Shown here in pieces: positions 1 to 15,243 of a stretch of 64,000 nt of DNA. How positions within the stretch are numbered: the first letter of the stretch is position 1; each line of letters begins with the position of its first letter. The notes beneath the pieces are model-generated. The model ran no database searches. It was not told the origin of the DNA and saw only the letters and a program-made list of their open reading frames with translations. A program made the translations under genes and the position numbers. Origin of the DNA: the human T2T-CHM13v2.0 reference genome, Homo sapiens. The stretch is taken from the NCBI RefSeq assembly GCF_009914755.1, contig NC_060929.1; one strand, written 5' to 3'.

Positions 1-139
1 AGTTGCAGCCTGGAGCTCTCTGAAACTGTTCTTGTTCTGGTGGGGGTGGGGCAAGGGTGGGGGTGCCCAATTTGTGAATCATTCTTTGCTCAATTAAATG
101 CTCTTAAGTTTAATTTTTCTAAAGTTTTTTCTTTTAACA
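1..139 (+). mobile_element. 3' end of an ERV1 LTR, MER57-like
   Basis: Ends ...ctttgctcaattaaa...aaagttttttcttttaaca, matching the recalled MER57 3' terminus. Confidence 0.7.
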
Positions 140-283
140 GTAGAAGCAGTGGAGGTGATGAGAAGTGGTGAGATTCTGGTTTATTTTGCAGGTTGACGCA
201 GAATTAACTGTTGCATGAGATGTGGGGTATGAGAGAAGGCCTGAGTACCTAGAAGGATTGGGATGCCATGAACTGACAGAGGT

Positions 284-1363
284 TGTGTAATAGTGTGATA
301 TAATAAGAAATACATGGTGGGCATGGTGGCTCAAGCCTGTAATCCCAGCACCTTGGCCACCACTGCAGGACCATTGCTTGAGTTCAGGAGTTTGAGACCA
401 ACCTGGACAATATAGTGAGACCTCACCTCAAAAAAAAAAAAAGAAGAAGAAGAGGAAATACATATTTGATCTCTGCCCCTGGTTCTTGAGACAGAGCTCC
501 TAAAACTTTTATGATTCCCTAAGTGACAAGATCACCTGATGCAGAGCTCCTAAATCCCTTGGAATTTCCTGGAGGACAGGAGCATCTTTTGTTCTAAAGG
601 TCACTCTTGGTGGACTCCTCAATAGCCTCATGATGGGGGCTGGTAGCCAGGGGAATCAACCGTGTGATTACAGTAGAACTTTCAAACCCCACTGACCTGA
701 CCTCTGGGGAAGAGAGGGGGTGCTAAAGATGAGCTAATCACCAATGGTCAATGATTTAATCAGTCATGCTACACAATGAAGCCTCTATAAAACCCCAAAA
801 GGACAGGGTTCAGAGAGCTTCCTGGTTGATGAATCAGTAGAGGTGCTGGGAGGATGGCACACCTGGAGAGGGCATGGCACTCTGTGCCCCTTCCCACATA
901 CCTTACATTATGCCTCTCTTCCATCTGGCGTTCATCCACATCCTTTTGTAATATCCTTTATAATAAATGGGTAAATGTAAGTCAAGTGTTAGTCTGAGTT
1001 CTGTGAGATGCTCTAACAAATTAATCAAACACAAAGAAAGGATCATGGGAACCCTTGATTTATAGCTAGCTGGTCAGAAATACAGATCACAACCAGGGGC
1101 TTGTGACTGACACCTGAAGTGGAGGGCAATTTTGTGGGACTGGGCTCTTAAACCGTGGGATCTGACACTATCTTCAGGTAGATGGTGTCATAACTGAACT
1201 GAATTATAGGACACCCAGTTGGTGTCTGCTGGAGAATTGCTTGGTATGTGAGGAAAAAAACAGACACATTTTGGTGAGAAGCAATAAAATACTCTACATG
1301 CTGTGTTGAGTGTTGTATCATGTGCCCCAGTAGGAATAACAGCTTGTTTTTCCTATTGTTACA
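284..1363 (+). mobile_element. MER21B-like solo LTR
   Basis: 'tgtgatataataagaaata...atttgatctctgcccctggttc...cagagctcctaaa' and 'gtgggatctgacactatcttcaggtagat'. Confidence 0.75.
316..453 (+). mobile_element. Alu monomer (FLAM_C/AluJ left arm) inside MER21
   Basis: Alu left-arm sequence, A tail, TSD gaaatacat on both sides. Confidence 0.85.
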
Positions 1364-2286
1364 ATTGGCACTGGATCTATCTCATATAGGGGACAGGAGG
1401 AGGCCTGCCAGGAGAGCAGGCTTGGCTGAGTGGGTAGGTGAGGTGGAACTGTTCACAAGTCTGGTATTTAGGGGAAAGGTCTCTATGGAAAATACAAACT
1501 TGGGAACCATCAGTATATAGATATATATTCGATATGAAAATGAAGTTAACACTTCTCAACAGGAAAAACAAAGTTTTTTGGAGGAGGTGGCATGTGATTG
1601 GGGACCTTGAAGGATGGGATTTTCATAGTCAGAAATAGGTGGGAAGACAATCCCAGATTAAGAAAGAGCCATTATCAATGCTAGGATTCACATTGAGGCT
1701 AGTTTAGGGAACATTTTTTCAGTTTGAATGAGCAGAGGACTGATTTTGGAGGGAGCCAGTGGCAGAAATATGAGCAGAATATTAGCCTTGTGACTTGCTG
1801 TACACTCATGCATCTATCTACGAATTCATCAGACACCACTGGTTACCTTAAAAGCTGTGTTTGTTGTGGACATTAACAACAACAATCATAAATGCATATT
1901 GAGCCCTTATCATGTGCTCATGTGAAAATTCCTCACTTAATATTCACCCCCAACTAAAAATAAGGAAAGTAAGAGTCTGAGTGATTTTCTCCAGTTCTGT
2001 CTGCCGGTCAGATTGGAACAAAGGCAGTGTGACCCCAGAGCCTTTGCCTTACCACTCAGCTCTACTTCTTTGTCAGAAACACCAAACCAGGCATCTGTGG
2101 TGGTGGGGCCTGGCAGCCACCAGAAATATAGACTACTAAGTCTTGGGCAAGGCTTCCTCCTGACTTTCTTCTGTATGAGATGTGAAACCTGCCCTCTCCA
2201 GGGGTCAGCTGAGGAACCAGCAGTGGTAGCTCCAGGAAAGAAGGTAGGGCTGCTGACCAGGGCTTAGGTCACCAAGCTGCTGACTC

Positions 2287-2293
2287 TGACTCA
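2287..2293 (+). promoter_or_regulatory. AP-1 consensus TGACTCA (also a minus-strand CAG|GTGAGT splice donor)
   Basis: Exact motif, retained in paralog at 56055-56061; function not shown. Confidence 0.35.
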
Positions 2294-2610
2294 CCTGGGA
2301 AAGCTGACTGGCTTTTAAAGCATCCACTCCCCATTTTGTGTCTCCTATGGGCAAACCTGAGGTCAAGGGCAGAAAACCAAAGCATCACCCTGGAAGGTTA
2401 GCACCGAAAGTGCCCTTGAACAGTAATGTGTCTATTCCTCTACTCCTTATCTCCTCCAAACCCATTTAAGACCATAGAGGCTATGTTCCTTGTCCTACAT
2501 TGTCTTGGAAGGTTTGTGACAAATCCTATACTAGAGCTCAAATATGAGGACTTTCATGTTCAGTGTGCTTCCACAAAAGATGCTAACATGAATTAGTTCC
2601 TGGTTTGAAA

Positions 2611-2996
2611 GGAATAGTATCAACAACAAAAAGGGCGTCCACTCAGAGACCCCATCTGAAGGTCACCAACATCAAAGACCAAAGGTAGATAAATTCACGA
2701 AGATGGGGAGAAACCAGCTCAAAAAGCCTGAAAATTCCAAAAACCAGAATGCCTCTTCTACTCCAAAGGTTCACAACTCCTCACCAGCAAGGGAACAAAA
2801 CTGGACAGAGAATGAGTTTGACGAATTGACAGAAGTAGGCTTCAGAAGGTGGGTAATAACAAACTCCTCCGAGCTAAAGGAGCATGCTCTAACCCAATGC
2901 AGGGAAGCTAGGAACCTTGAAAAAAGGTTAGACAAAATGCTAACTAGAATAACCAGTTTAGAGAAGAATATAAATGACCTGATGCAGCTGAAAAAC
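2611..2996 (+). mobile_element. Internal L1PA (L1PA7/8-like) fragment: end of 5'UTR and start of ORF1
   Basis: ORF 2703-3002 MGRNQLKKPENSKNQ... is the L1 ORF1p N-terminus; flanked by direct repeat acatgaattagttcctg. Confidence 0.9.
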
Positions 2997-3057
2997 ACAT
3001 GAATTAGTTCCTGTTTTAAAATTAGGTTTCCTGGTGAGCAGGCTGGAATAGAATCAA

Positions 3058-3104
3058 GTGTGTGTGTGTGCATGCATGTGTGTGTGTGTGTATCTGTGTG
3101 TGTG
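3058..3104 (+). repeat. Imperfect (TG)n microsatellite
   Basis: Seen directly; paralogous repeat at ~56425-56478. Confidence 0.95.
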
Positions 3105-3692
3105 CCAAGTTCATGATACAAGCCCAGGACTGACACTCCCTACCACTCCCAGGGAAAGGAATTTCTCCTAAGTTCAACTTGTCTTTCAGGAAAATTTAGA
3201 TTTTAAGCATCTGACCCAGTAAATGGGACAGGAAAGAGGAGCCCTGCCATCCAGTGAGTCCTGCTCAGGTGTCTTTCCTGGAGAAACACTCACACCTGTG
3301 TAGCAAGAGGCCTGTGCAAGAAAGCCAACAGCAGCATCACAAGAAATAGTGAGGAGTGGAAGGAACTCAAATGCCCATCAATACAGGAGTGATTATCCAG
3401 CAGTTAAAATGAATGAAGTGGGTCTTCACAGAGTCAAGGAAAGATCCCTAAGACATTATTACACAAGGAAGAAGGAGAAGAAAAGAAAGTTGGCAATACA
3501 ATGCATACAATATGATCCCATTTGTGAAAAAGAAAGAACATCCCAACCATATGTGTGTATGTAGAAAGTAGATCCTCTTGCCTGATAATTTCAATGGATT
3601 TAATTCCACAATTGTGCACCGAGTGCCCTCTTTGTGCAGGCCTTGTAATCCATAAGGAAATCATCTAGCAGGGAGAAGTGTAGGCAACATCC

Positions 3693-3707
3693 CTGCCCTC
3701 TAGTAGC
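3693..3707 (-). promoter_or_regulatory. Degenerate CTCF-like motif GCTACTAGAGGGCAG
   Basis: One substitution from the CCASYAGRKGGCRS core; paralog of 57091-57105. Confidence 0.3.
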
Positions 3708-5285
3708 TGGATAAGGGAGGGGTAAATCATGCCTGAGCCAGCAGAGCATACCTGAGCCCCCAGAGCCATAACCAACCCCATACCTCACCCCTCAGAATCA
3801 GTGTCAGCCCAGGAGAGTAGCCACAACCCCAGCATTCAAGCCCATGTGTCACCAAGCCCCTTGGGGATCCAGAGATGGTCTCACCAGAGCAGCTGCACCT
3901 CTGATGCCTGAGCAGATGTGGTGCCCTACCCCCTAGGGAAACAGAGTCTTGGCTGTTCTATTTCACCCTACCCTTTGGGCTGTGCAACTGCAGAGCTCCA
4001 TCTTCTCGGATCTGAACCAGCCCTCTGGAGTCTGAGCTGCTGAGGTGTTGCACCTCCCCAAGGTATTGAGCTATCATTGCCCTGCTCCCCACCTCCTAGA
4101 GCCCAAGCCACAGCTGTGCACCTCCATTCTAGGAATTCTCTGCCACTGCACCTGGACTTACACACCCTGGGCCACTGTCGTGTTCCACCTCTGCAGAGTC
4201 CAGAGTCACCATGATGTGCTACTTCCTCTCCTGATGCCTGAGTTGCCACTGTACCCTATCGGCTCTAGGCCCAAGTTTCTGGAACACTCCTTCCTCCCCA
4301 GAGCCATACCAGTGCTGTGCCCTGACCCCCAGCATCAGAGTCACAGCTACACACCTGACCCCTGGGCCCAAGCTACTGGGGAGTGGCTCAGAGTAACAGT
4401 CCTCTGTTTAGTGCAGGAGCTTCATCCACTTGTCACAGAGAGTGAACACCCACCTTACAGGTTCTACAACAGTACAACAAGACATTGAAGCCAGGACCCA
4501 AACTCCACAGCTACTCCAAGCAGCTGTAGTCTGGAACACAGAACCACTGTGGCTGCCTGTGGCCTGTGTCAGACCCAACACCAAGAGGGATCCCCTCAGC
4601 TACTTCTTCCCACTGTGGGAAAAAAAAAAACAAGAGGACCCCCCCCGCAAAGACTTTTCCACTGAGAGCTCTAACAACCGACCCTGCCACCACTGCTGCT
4701 ACAAACTCTTGGAGCCTCAGCCACTGATTCAGCTGCAGTTATCAATGATGTCAATCACAACTGAAAAAAACCTCATGGAGACTGCTCTACTGCACCCACC
4801 TGGAACCAGAGCCAACACACAACCAACCTAGGACTCATATGCCAGTAAAAATCTTTCCCTATGAAAGCTACTCTAAAATTGGAGATGACTATTTCATCAG
4901 AGGCACAGACATCAACACAGGGACACAAGAAGCATGGAAAAGTAAGAAAATATGACATGATCAAAGGAACATAATTCTCCATTAACTGACCCTAAAGAAA
5001 TTAAACTTCACAAATTTCCCAAAAAGTAATCAAAACAATGATCTTAAGGAAACTCAGTGAGATACAATAGAATACAGATAGAAAATTCAATGAAATCAGG
5101 AGAACAACTCATGATCTGACTGACAAATTCAACAAAAAGATAGATATAATTTAAAAAGAACCAAACAGAAATCTTGGAGCTGAAGAATTCAATGTATGAA
5201 ATAAAAAAAAAAATACAGTTGAGAACTTCAACAGAATAGATCAAGCAGAAGAAAACGTCTCTGAACTTAAAGATAAGCCTCTTGA

Positions 5286-8208
<2,923 letters not shown>

Positions 8209-9157
8209 AAGATAAGTCTCTTGAAAAAACCTAGTTAGAAGAAAAAGGGGAAAAATTTTAAAGAGTGAAGAAAGCCTACAGGATTTATGGAACACCATTA
8301 AATGAGCAAATGCTCACATTATGAACTTCAAAGGAAGAAAAGAGAAAAAGACACGCAAAGTTTATTTAATGAAATAACTGCTGAAAGCTTCTTAAGTCTT
8401 GGGAGAGATATGGACATTCAGATCCATGAAGCTCAAAAGTTACCAAATTTATTCCAAAGGCACATTTTTATCAAAATGTCAAAATACAAAGGCAGAATCT
8501 TAAAAGCAGCAAGTGCCGTAAAGGGAATCCCCATTAGACTATCAGTGAATACCTTAGCAGAAACCTTGAAAGTCAGGAGAAAAGTGGGATAATATATTCA
8601 AAGTACTGAAAGAAAAAAATGCCAGCCTGGAATACTATAACCACAAAGTTATCCCTCAGAAATAAAAAAGAAATAAAGTATTCCCCACTTCATTACTATA
8701 ATGGTAGTATGTAAATCTTTCAAATTGCTAGTATGAAGATTCAAACTTAAAATGGTCAAAATAACTATAGCTACAATAAAGTACAAAGGAAGATACAATA
8801 TAAAATGATGTAAATTGTGACAGCAAAAATATAAATGGGGGGAATATAAAAGTCTAGAGTATTCACATGCAACTAAAGTTAAGTTGTTATCTGTTTAACA
8901 CAGTCTATTACAACTACAAGATGTTTTAGATAAGCTCCATGGTAACCACAAAACAAAAAGCCACAGCAGATACACAAATGAGAAAGAGAAAGAAATAAAA
9001 ACTTAACACTACAGAAAATCACCAAATCACTAAGACAGTAAGAGAGGAAGAAAGAAACAAAGGATCTACAAAACAACCAGAAAACAATTTAAAAAATGGC
9101 AGGAGTAAGTCCTTATTTATCAGTAATAACTTTGAATGTAAATAGATTAAACATTAA

Positions 9158-9283
9158 GCTGGATGTGGCGGCGCAAACCCATAATTCCAACTACTCAGGA
9201 GACTGATGCGAGAAGATTCCTTGAGCACAGAAGTTTGAGACCAGCCTGGACAACACAGTAAGACCCCCATCTCAAGAAAAAAT
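9158..9283 (+). mobile_element. Alu monomer (FLAM_A-like)
   Basis: Monomer sequence with A tail; TSD acattaa. Confidence 0.75.
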
Positions 9284-9320
9284 AAGACATTAAGTGGCTG
9301 ACATAGAGCGGGTAAAAAAA

Positions 9321-9359
<39 letters not shown>

Positions 9360-11549
9360 AATTCCAACTATATGCTGTCTGCAAGAGACCTATTCTAGCT
9401 GTAGAGACATACATAGGCTGAAAGTAAAGGAATGACAGAAGATATTCCATGCAGATAGCAACCAAAAGAGAGACAGCTTGCTATGTTTATATCAGATAAA
9501 GTAGACTGTAAGTCAAAAACTGTTGCAAAAAACAAAGATCATTATTAAATGAGAAAGGAGTCAATTCATCAAGAGGTCATAACAATTATAAATATATACG
9601 CATCTACCATTGGTGCACATAAATATATAAAGCAAAAATTAATGGACATGAAGGAAGAAATAGATAGCAATACAAAAAAATTAGGGAACTTTAATACCTC
9701 ATTTTCAATAATGGATAATCAACCAGACAGAAAATTAACCAGAAAATACTGGACTTGAACTGCACACGAGACCAAAATGGATCTAATAGACATATATAAA
9801 ACTTTCCATCCTAACAGCGGGAGAATATACATTCTTCTCTAGTGCACATGGAACATTCTCCAGGATAGACCATATGCTAGGCCACAGAATAAGTCTTAAC
9901 AAATTAAGGATGATTAAAATTATATCTAGTACTGCTTCTGATCAAAATTGTATGAAACTAGAAATCAGTAACAGGAAGGATCTTGACAATTCACAAATAT
10001 GTGGAAACTAAACAACATGCTCCTGAACAACCATTGGTTCAAAGAAAAAAATCAAAAGGGAAATTCAAAAATGTCTTGAGACAAATGACAATGGAAACAC
10101 AACATATCAAAACTTATGGAATGCAGCAAATGAAGTTCTAAGAGGAAAGTTTAGCAATAAATGCTTGTATTAAAAAAGAAGAAAGATTCCAAATAAATAG
10201 CCTAACATTATACCTCAATTATCCAGAAAAAGAAAAACAAACCAAATTCAAAGTTAGTAGAAGGAAAAATAATAATAAAGTTCAGAATAGAAATAAGTCA
10301 AAGAAAGAACAGAAAAACTATAGGAAAATAATCCATAAAACTAAGAGTTGGTTCTTTAAAAAAATAGATAAAATTGACAAACCCTTAGGTAGACTAAGAA
10401 AAAAAAGACTTAAAGAAAAAGAAAAGTGAAGACATTACAACAAAAGCTTCCGAAATTCAAAGGATCGTAGAGACTATTATGAACAGTTATATGCCAACAA
10501 ATTGGTTAACTTTAAAGAAATCAATAAATTCTTAGAAATAAATAAACTACCAAGATTGAATTGGAAGAAATAGAGAGATTGAACATACCAATAACAAATA
10601 AATTGATTGAAGAAGCAATTAAAAGCCTTCCAACAAAGAAAAGCCTAGGACCAAAAGAGCTTCACAGCTGAATTATACCAAACAGTCAGAGAAGAATTAA
10701 TGTCAATACCTCTTAAATTCTTTCAACTAATTTTTAACAAGGGCACCAAGAGGACACAAGGAGGGAAGGATGGTCTCTTCAACAAGGGTGCTGGGAAAAC
10801 AAATTTTAACATGCAAAAAAAATGGAATTGGACCCTTATCTTACACCATACATAAAAATCAACTCACAATGAATAAAAGACCAAAATGTAAGATCTGATA
10901 CCATAAAATTTTAGAAGAGAACACAGGGAAAAAGCCCCTTGACATTGGTCTTGGCAATGAATTTTTGGATATCGCACCAAAAGCTCAGGCTACAAAAGCA
11001 AAACTAAATGAATGGTATTACATCAAACTGAAAAGCTTCATTATAGTGAAGGAAACAATCAACAAAATGAAAAGGCAAGCTATAGACTGGGAAAAGATAT
11101 TTGCAAACTGTGTGCCTGATAAGGGGTTAATATCCAAAATTTATAAAGAACTCTTATAACTAAACAGCAAAAAACAAATAACTTGATTTAAAAACAGGCA
11201 AAGGATATGAACAGACATTTCTCTAAAGAAGACATAAAAATGGCCAAAATGTATATTAAGAGACACTCAACATCACTAATCACAAGGGAAATGCAAATTA
11301 AAACCACTATGAGATATCACCTCACACCTGTTAGAAAGGCTATTACCAAAAAGATAAGAGATAACAAATGTTGGTAAGAGTGTCAAGAAAAGGGAAGCCT
11401 AGTATACTACTGTTGGGAATGTAGATTGGTAGAGCCATTATGGAACACAGTATGGAGGTTTCTAAAGAAATTAAAAATAAAACTTCCATATAACTCAGCA
11501 ACCCTTCTTCTGGGTATATATCCAAAGAAAATGAAATTACCACTTCCGC

Positions 11550-11848
11550 TGCTGAGTGTGTTAGCTCATGCCTGTAATCCTAGCACTTTGGGAGGCTGAG
11601 GCAGAAGGATCACTTGAGCCCAGAAGTTCAAAACCAGCCTGGGAAACATAACAAGACCCTTTCTCTACAAAAAATAAAAAATTAGCCAGGTGTGGTAGTG
11701 CCTGCTTGTAGTCCCAAGTACTCTGGAGTCTGAGACAGAAGGATCAACTTGAATCCAGGAGTGAGTCTGCAGTGAGCTATGATAACACCACTGCTCTCCA
11801 GCCTGGGCAACAGAGCAAGATGCTGTCTGAAAAAAAAAAGAACAAAAA
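11550..11848 (+). mobile_element. AluJ
   Basis: Dimeric Alu with J-type 'ggatcacttgagcccagaagttc'; TSD gaaattaccac/gaaatagccac. Confidence 0.9.
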
Positions 11849-12489
11849 AGAAATAGCCACCTCATAAAAATATTTGCACCCACATGTTCATTGCAGCCTT
11901 ATTCACAGCAGCTAAGATAAACAACCTAAATGTCCATCAATGGACGAATGGATATAGAAAATGTAAATATATATGTATATTAATATTATTCAGTCTGAGG
12001 AAAGAAGAGATTATTCTGCTATTTGCCACAACATAGATGGATCAGGAGGACATTTTGATAAGTGAAATAAACCAGACACACAAAGAAAAAAATTGTATGA
12101 TCTTACTTATATGTGGAAACTGAAAAAAAAAAAAAAAAGGCCAAATATGCAGAGCTACAGAATCAACATTGTCATTTGTCTCAGTGGTTACCATGGTGAG
12201 AAGTATGGGGAGATGTCAAAGGATACAAAGTAGCAGATATGTAGAATGAACAAGTCTAGAGATCTCATGTACAACATGACTGTAGTAATAAAATAAAAGT
12301 AATACTGTATTAGGATTTTTTGTTAAATAGATTTTAGCTGCTCTTGTCACACATACACAAAAAATAACTATATGAAATGATAGATATGTTAAGCTGCCTC
12401 ACTATAGTAACCATTTTACTATCTGTATATATCCCATAACATCATGCTGTAAACCTCAAATATATGCAATAAAATGTATTTTTTAAAAA

Positions 12490-13690
12490 AATATGAAAAA
12501 AAGAGATGAAGAAGGCAAAAGAAAAAGAGGAGGAGAAATTCTAATGTAAGCATGGTGTATAAGGGGTGCTCTTAGAAGAAAGGTCCAAGGTGTCTCCTAG
12601 GCTGTTATACTCTTGACCTGACTTGAAAGATGGTCCCTCATACTGAGCATCACAGAAGATACCAGATCTCCATGCCAAACACAATCTCCACAGCAACTCA
12701 GAAGGAAGAAGAAGCAAAATCAAGAAGCATTTTCTGTAACAGGCATATTCCAGTAACTGAAGGTCCCTCAACTCCCCAGTTTTTTGATGGCCTTCATAGA
12801 GCGCTGCCTGTAGCTGATTACAGCGCCCTGGGGAAAGCAACTTTATACTACCAGTATCTTCTTCTGGGACAGACGTCATGCAGCAGTTACACCATCTGCA
12901 TGAATGTAGCCACCCTCCAAGTATGACCTCTACACTCTCCCCTACCTGATGAAGTGCCTCCATTTGACCCGCAATCTGCTCAGAGGGCCCCCACTCTTGC
13001 TGGGAGCCTTGGGTAATAGCAGAGGAAGCCTCTTCTCTTCTTGAAGATGACACACCTCTTTTCATCCAGTCTAACTGAGAGCAGGCTGAAGAGTTACATG
13101 GATTACACGGAATAACATACCCTTCTACCACAGCACTTCCCGGTCCTTGGGCTTGTCTTCCCTGGGTGGAGAAATCAGCCAGACAAGCTACTATCCAAGA
13201 GGGTAACAGAAATCTTACCAGTACTTGGATGTGTTTGTACCTCTCAGCGGTCAATCTGGGCATTAGATTTGTGGTCAGAAGACTTGAATTATATCCTGAC
13301 TCTACCGGTTTGAGTTGTATGCTCTTTGGCATATATCCCCCTTTGTAAATAACAATAATAATAATAATTAAAGAAAGATAATAAAAAAGGTTATACCTCA
13401 CTAAATAACGGTGAGAAATTGAAAAGATTTTTTTTACTTGTGCAAAGCTCGTGTGCATAGGTGTACACGTGCAAACACTGTTGTACTTGTCTTAGGTGTG
13501 TTCTTCAAGTATCTGGAACATATAGGTCTATGGGGAGGAAGGGGATCCAGGTGAGCAGAATATGCCAAGCAGTCACGATAGAAACAAAATCTCAGTTTCA
13601 ATCAGAAGGCATATCCAGAAACACTACTAAGCAAAACCGCATCCACCTGTCCTCAAAGATAATCAGAAAGATTCTTTTCAGATTCCTAAC
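12490..13690 (+). repeat. Ancient direct duplication, copy A, part 2 (paralog of ~57230-58315)
   Basis: Colinear blocks: tattcca(g/a)taactgaag, catagagcgctgcc, ccttgg(g/a)cttgtctt, shared MIR, ctgtcctca(a/g)agataatcagaa. Confidence 0.85.
13260..13450 (+). mobile_element. MIR (counterpart at ~57885-58055)
   Basis: MIR core-like 'ctttgtaaat...aataataa...atacctca...gtgagaaattgaa'. Confidence 0.55.
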
Positions 13691-13779
13691 ATCTGTAACT
13701 GTAAGAAAATAAAATTTGTGTTGTTTTAAGCATTAAGTTTGTGGTAATTCATTACAGCAGCCATGGGAAATTAATATAC
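13690..13779 (+). mobile_element. MLT1 LTR 3' end
   Basis: 'aaataaaatttgtgttgttttaagc...taagtttgtggtaattcattacagcagccatgggaaattaatatac'. Confidence 0.75.
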
Positions 13780-13784
13780 CTGGG

Positions 13785-13910
13785 AACCAGTAAGATGCAG
13801 ATTCTGATCCTAATAGGTGGGAAGGGGCCGGAAGATCTACATTTCTAATGGGAGCTTGCCTGTGGTACCTGTTCCACTGGTCTGCAGACCATACTTTGAG
13901 CAGCAAGACC
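13785..13910. mobile_element. MER5A fragment
   Basis: 'atgcagattctgat...tggtctgcagaccatactttgagcagca'. Confidence 0.65.
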
Positions 13911-14280
13911 ACAGACAACTCCACCTGCAGCCCTTCCTTCAGTGACTGGAGCCTCCAGTTAGCATGGCATGGGAGCAGGGACCCTGCAGAGTCCATAGTT
14001 CCTTACCTTTGACTGCCTGAGCCCTGAGCATCTGTCCCATTGAAACTGGCATGGATCTCTCACCAGGCTTTTAATGTCACCTCGCCTAAGAGATACTCCT
14101 TTTATTCCCTTTTGTTGCCCTCTGTTTATTTACTTCATGGACGATAATCATAAATCTGAGTTTTTGTTTATTTTCCCCCTCCTCATATTTCTGCCCCCAC
14201 CCACTCTGTGCAGCAAGAGCCTAGCACAGAATACGTACTTCTACGTAAATAAATAAATAAATACGTGGATGAAAGACTGA

Positions 14281-15243
<963 letters not shown>

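Larger units (their letters stand above)
140..1530 (-). mobile_element. L2 fragment interrupted by MER21B (284-1363)
   Basis: L2-typical 'gtggaggtgatgagaagtggtgagattctgg' and 'atacaaacttgggaaccatcagtatatag'. Confidence 0.55.
140..3720 (+). repeat. Ancient direct duplication, copy A, part 1 (paralog of ~54900-57120)
   Basis: Colinear alignment by eye: shared L2/L2 junction, 'tgtcagaaacaccaaaccaggcatctgtgg', 'cttgaacagtaatgtgtcta', TG repeat, near-identical 309-bp tract. Confidence 0.9.

Noticed and set aside
13461-13712. Similar peptides from paralogous ORFs (KSQFQ...RNT.KQN.I.LSS.IIR) here and at 58181-58402
   Set aside because: Substitutions are mostly amino-acid changing and there is no shared start or splice frame; DNA paralogy explains the similarity.
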